DNA of 64,000 nucleotides from Podospora anserina (Eukaryota): NCBI GenBank assembly GCA_017654855.1, contig CM030336.1, positions 1,984,001 to 2,048,000 of the forward strand, read 5' to 3'. Shown piece by piece: positions 62,006 to 64,000 of this stretch (position 1 is its first letter; each line of letters starts with the position of its first letter). The notes under the pieces were generated by a model. It saw only the letters and a program-made list of their open reading frames with translations, ran no database searches and was not told where the DNA came from. The position numbers and the translations under genes were made by a program.

Positions 62006-62807
62006 GACGGAGACGGAAGTGCGCAAAGACGAGAACGATGAGATTTATAGGCTATGTCGTCGTGGTAGGGTCGGTTGTAGGTTTGCGCGCGCGTTGATTT
62101 TGCCAGCCGGATAAGGAAAGATCACGGCTAGGCGCAAAAGAAGAGAAGATGGATCTTGGAAATGACGTGGACCAGGGGGGGGGTACCTGGGTTTCTGCGA
62201 AAACGCTGGGTTCGAGGGGCTGTGATACAAAGAGGTGGTCGGTAGATATCTCCGGGCAGTATCTAGAGGATGTCAGGTTGAAGCCCAACTACTATGGCAG
62301 CTGTTGTAGGTACGGTACTTCTTGTCAGAGTATTTCTTATTGCACGTTCCCGCGCCTTCCATCTCCAGAGCCAAGCACAGCCCAGTCAAATTACGTACCC
62401 CAGTAGCGGAAATCGCCGCGCTGCAACCGAGGGCTGTGGGAGAGCACAGCACCAACTTTTGGTGGGGCAGCATCATTGTCGTCATATACTGCTTTACACA
62501 AGGACAAGTCTGGAGTCAGTATCATATATCGTCAAACAGTCCCATTGTGATTTCTAGACATCTTTCCGACATCAACTTCACCGACCGCCTCTCGACAGCC
62601 ATGTTTACATACAGGCATCATGCCGTTATCAACACGCATGCGCTGAGGCCTTGGCATCAATTTTGATGCGGGGCATCACATGTATCCAGGCCATCAACAT
62701 CAAAAGTACAGAGGATATGGTATCCCAGGACACAAGTTGGGTACGGACTAGAGTCTAGTAAGTTGAGCTACTTAGGTAATTTATCATCAATGATGCCCCG
62801 CACAGCC

Positions 62808-63779
62808 TTACTGGACACCCGCAGCCTTCATGCGCTCAAAGCACTTTCGGTAGGCTTCGTGAATCTCGGGAATCTCATACCCATACTCCTTCAGCTTGTT
62901 GACCAATTTCGTGGTATCAAGCTTGCAGTTGCTTCGGCCTGCCTTGATCACCTTGGCTTGCTCCTCGAGGCTAAAGTTCTTCCAGCTAAACGAGGGGCGC
63001 ACAATGTCGCGGAACAGGGTGAGCACCTCGTTGTGGGAGATGGCACCAGGGTTCGTAAAGTTGTAGATGCCCAGCTCTTTGTGCTCGGCCATCAGGATGC
63101 TAGCCGGCAGCAGGTCGTTCAGAATCGTGTTGCTGTTGGGGATGTCCACCACACGCTCGTATTTGGCGATCTTGGTGACAAAGTTGCGGGGGTGCAAGTC
63201 GTCCGACACTGGCATCCGGAGTCGAAGAATGAGGCAGTTGTTGTAGTGCTTCATGACCTGGTGGGGTGGTTGCGTGTTAGTCAGGGTCAACTATCATGAA
63301 CAAACTCCGTCGGTAAAAGTACTTGCCTCTTCAACGTGGGCCTTGGTCATGGAGTAGAAGCTCCCCGCAAAGTTGGCCGGGTCGGTTTCGAGGAAACCTG
63401 GGCCATCCCAGGGGTGTGCCTCATCGTACTGGTAGATGCAGCCGGTTGCAAATACGGTGCAGTGAATGCCGCGGAGGAAGCAGCAGTCGGTGAGGTTCAG
63501 GGTGCCGATCACATTGGACCTGATGGTAGCCTCTTGGTTGTCCTCGCACCAGTCCACGTTGGGCCGCCCAGTGCACCCAGCCGCGTTCAGCACATGAGTG
63601 GGCTTGACCCGGTCGAGCTCGGCGAGAACAGATTCGCGGTTCTCCATTCGGATCGTTGTCATGTGCACCTCCTTGCCGTCCTTCTCAAGAAGGGTCTTGA
63701 GATGTCCTGCCACCCAACCCTCGCCGCCCCAGATCAAGAAGCGGTTGCTTTGGGCGCCATTGGAACCGTCGGTGGCCAT
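62808..63779 (-). CDS. UDP-4-keto-6-deoxyglucose 3,5-epimerase/4-reductase (NRS/ER; UDP-L-rhamnose synthesis)
   Basis: LIWGGEGWVAG, NAAGCTGRPNVDWCE, ATGCIY, SFYSMTK, LRLRMP, RSNCKLDTTKL. One intron ~63323-63259. Confidence 0.92.
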
Positions 63780-64000
63780 CTTGTGTGGTTGGAGTGTATA
63801 TCGAGGTGTATAGGCTGGGAGTAAGTATTGGCGGCAACCAGGAATTGATGCTAACGGAAAATCACAAAGAGTTGTTGAGGAGGAAGAGCATAGGCAAGTG
63901 AACCAACAGACGAGCGAGGGGGGAGATCAACAAGTAAAAAAGGAACGACATGCTCAGTTGGGGCATCGGCACGCCAGGGATGGAAGGGCTGAAAGCAAGG

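Overview
Gene-dense, intron-containing DNA from a filamentous ascomycete. The short GT-AG introns with CTRAC/CTAAC branch points, the dispersed 5S gene and the poly-C/poly-G tracts suggest Sordariales, probably Podospora-like (inference). The window holds about 27 protein-coding genes, two tRNAs (Phe-GAA with intron, Val-CAC), one dispersed 5S rRNA and an snR18/U18 C/D snoRNA inside the EF-1beta intron. Housekeeping genes sit at both ends: FAT1-like and GPI17 on the left; CAB4, DCAF7-like, EFB1, TRAX, GPI14, DnaJ-X and NRS/ER on the right. Three things stand out. (1) A three-gene iron-regulated siderophore sub-cluster at 12-18.5 kb (AIF/FSP1-like oxidoreductase, SidF-like acyltransferase, SidI-like CoA ligase). 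It has five perfect ATCWGATAA boxes, and all three proteins end in -KL. (2) An island at 37.9-43.6 kb of four secreted Cys-rich proteins that can only be read after splicing: a KP4/Ecp2-like candidate, a standalone CFEM protein, a candidate aerolysin/ETX-MTX2-like pore-former fused to a beta/gamma-crystallin-like domain, and a standalone paralog of that crystallin-like domain. (3) A probable unannotated spliced micro-ORF or ncRNA gene with a structured intron at about 49.1-49.5 kb. All exon structures were derived by hand, and family calls come from motif recognition, not database searches.
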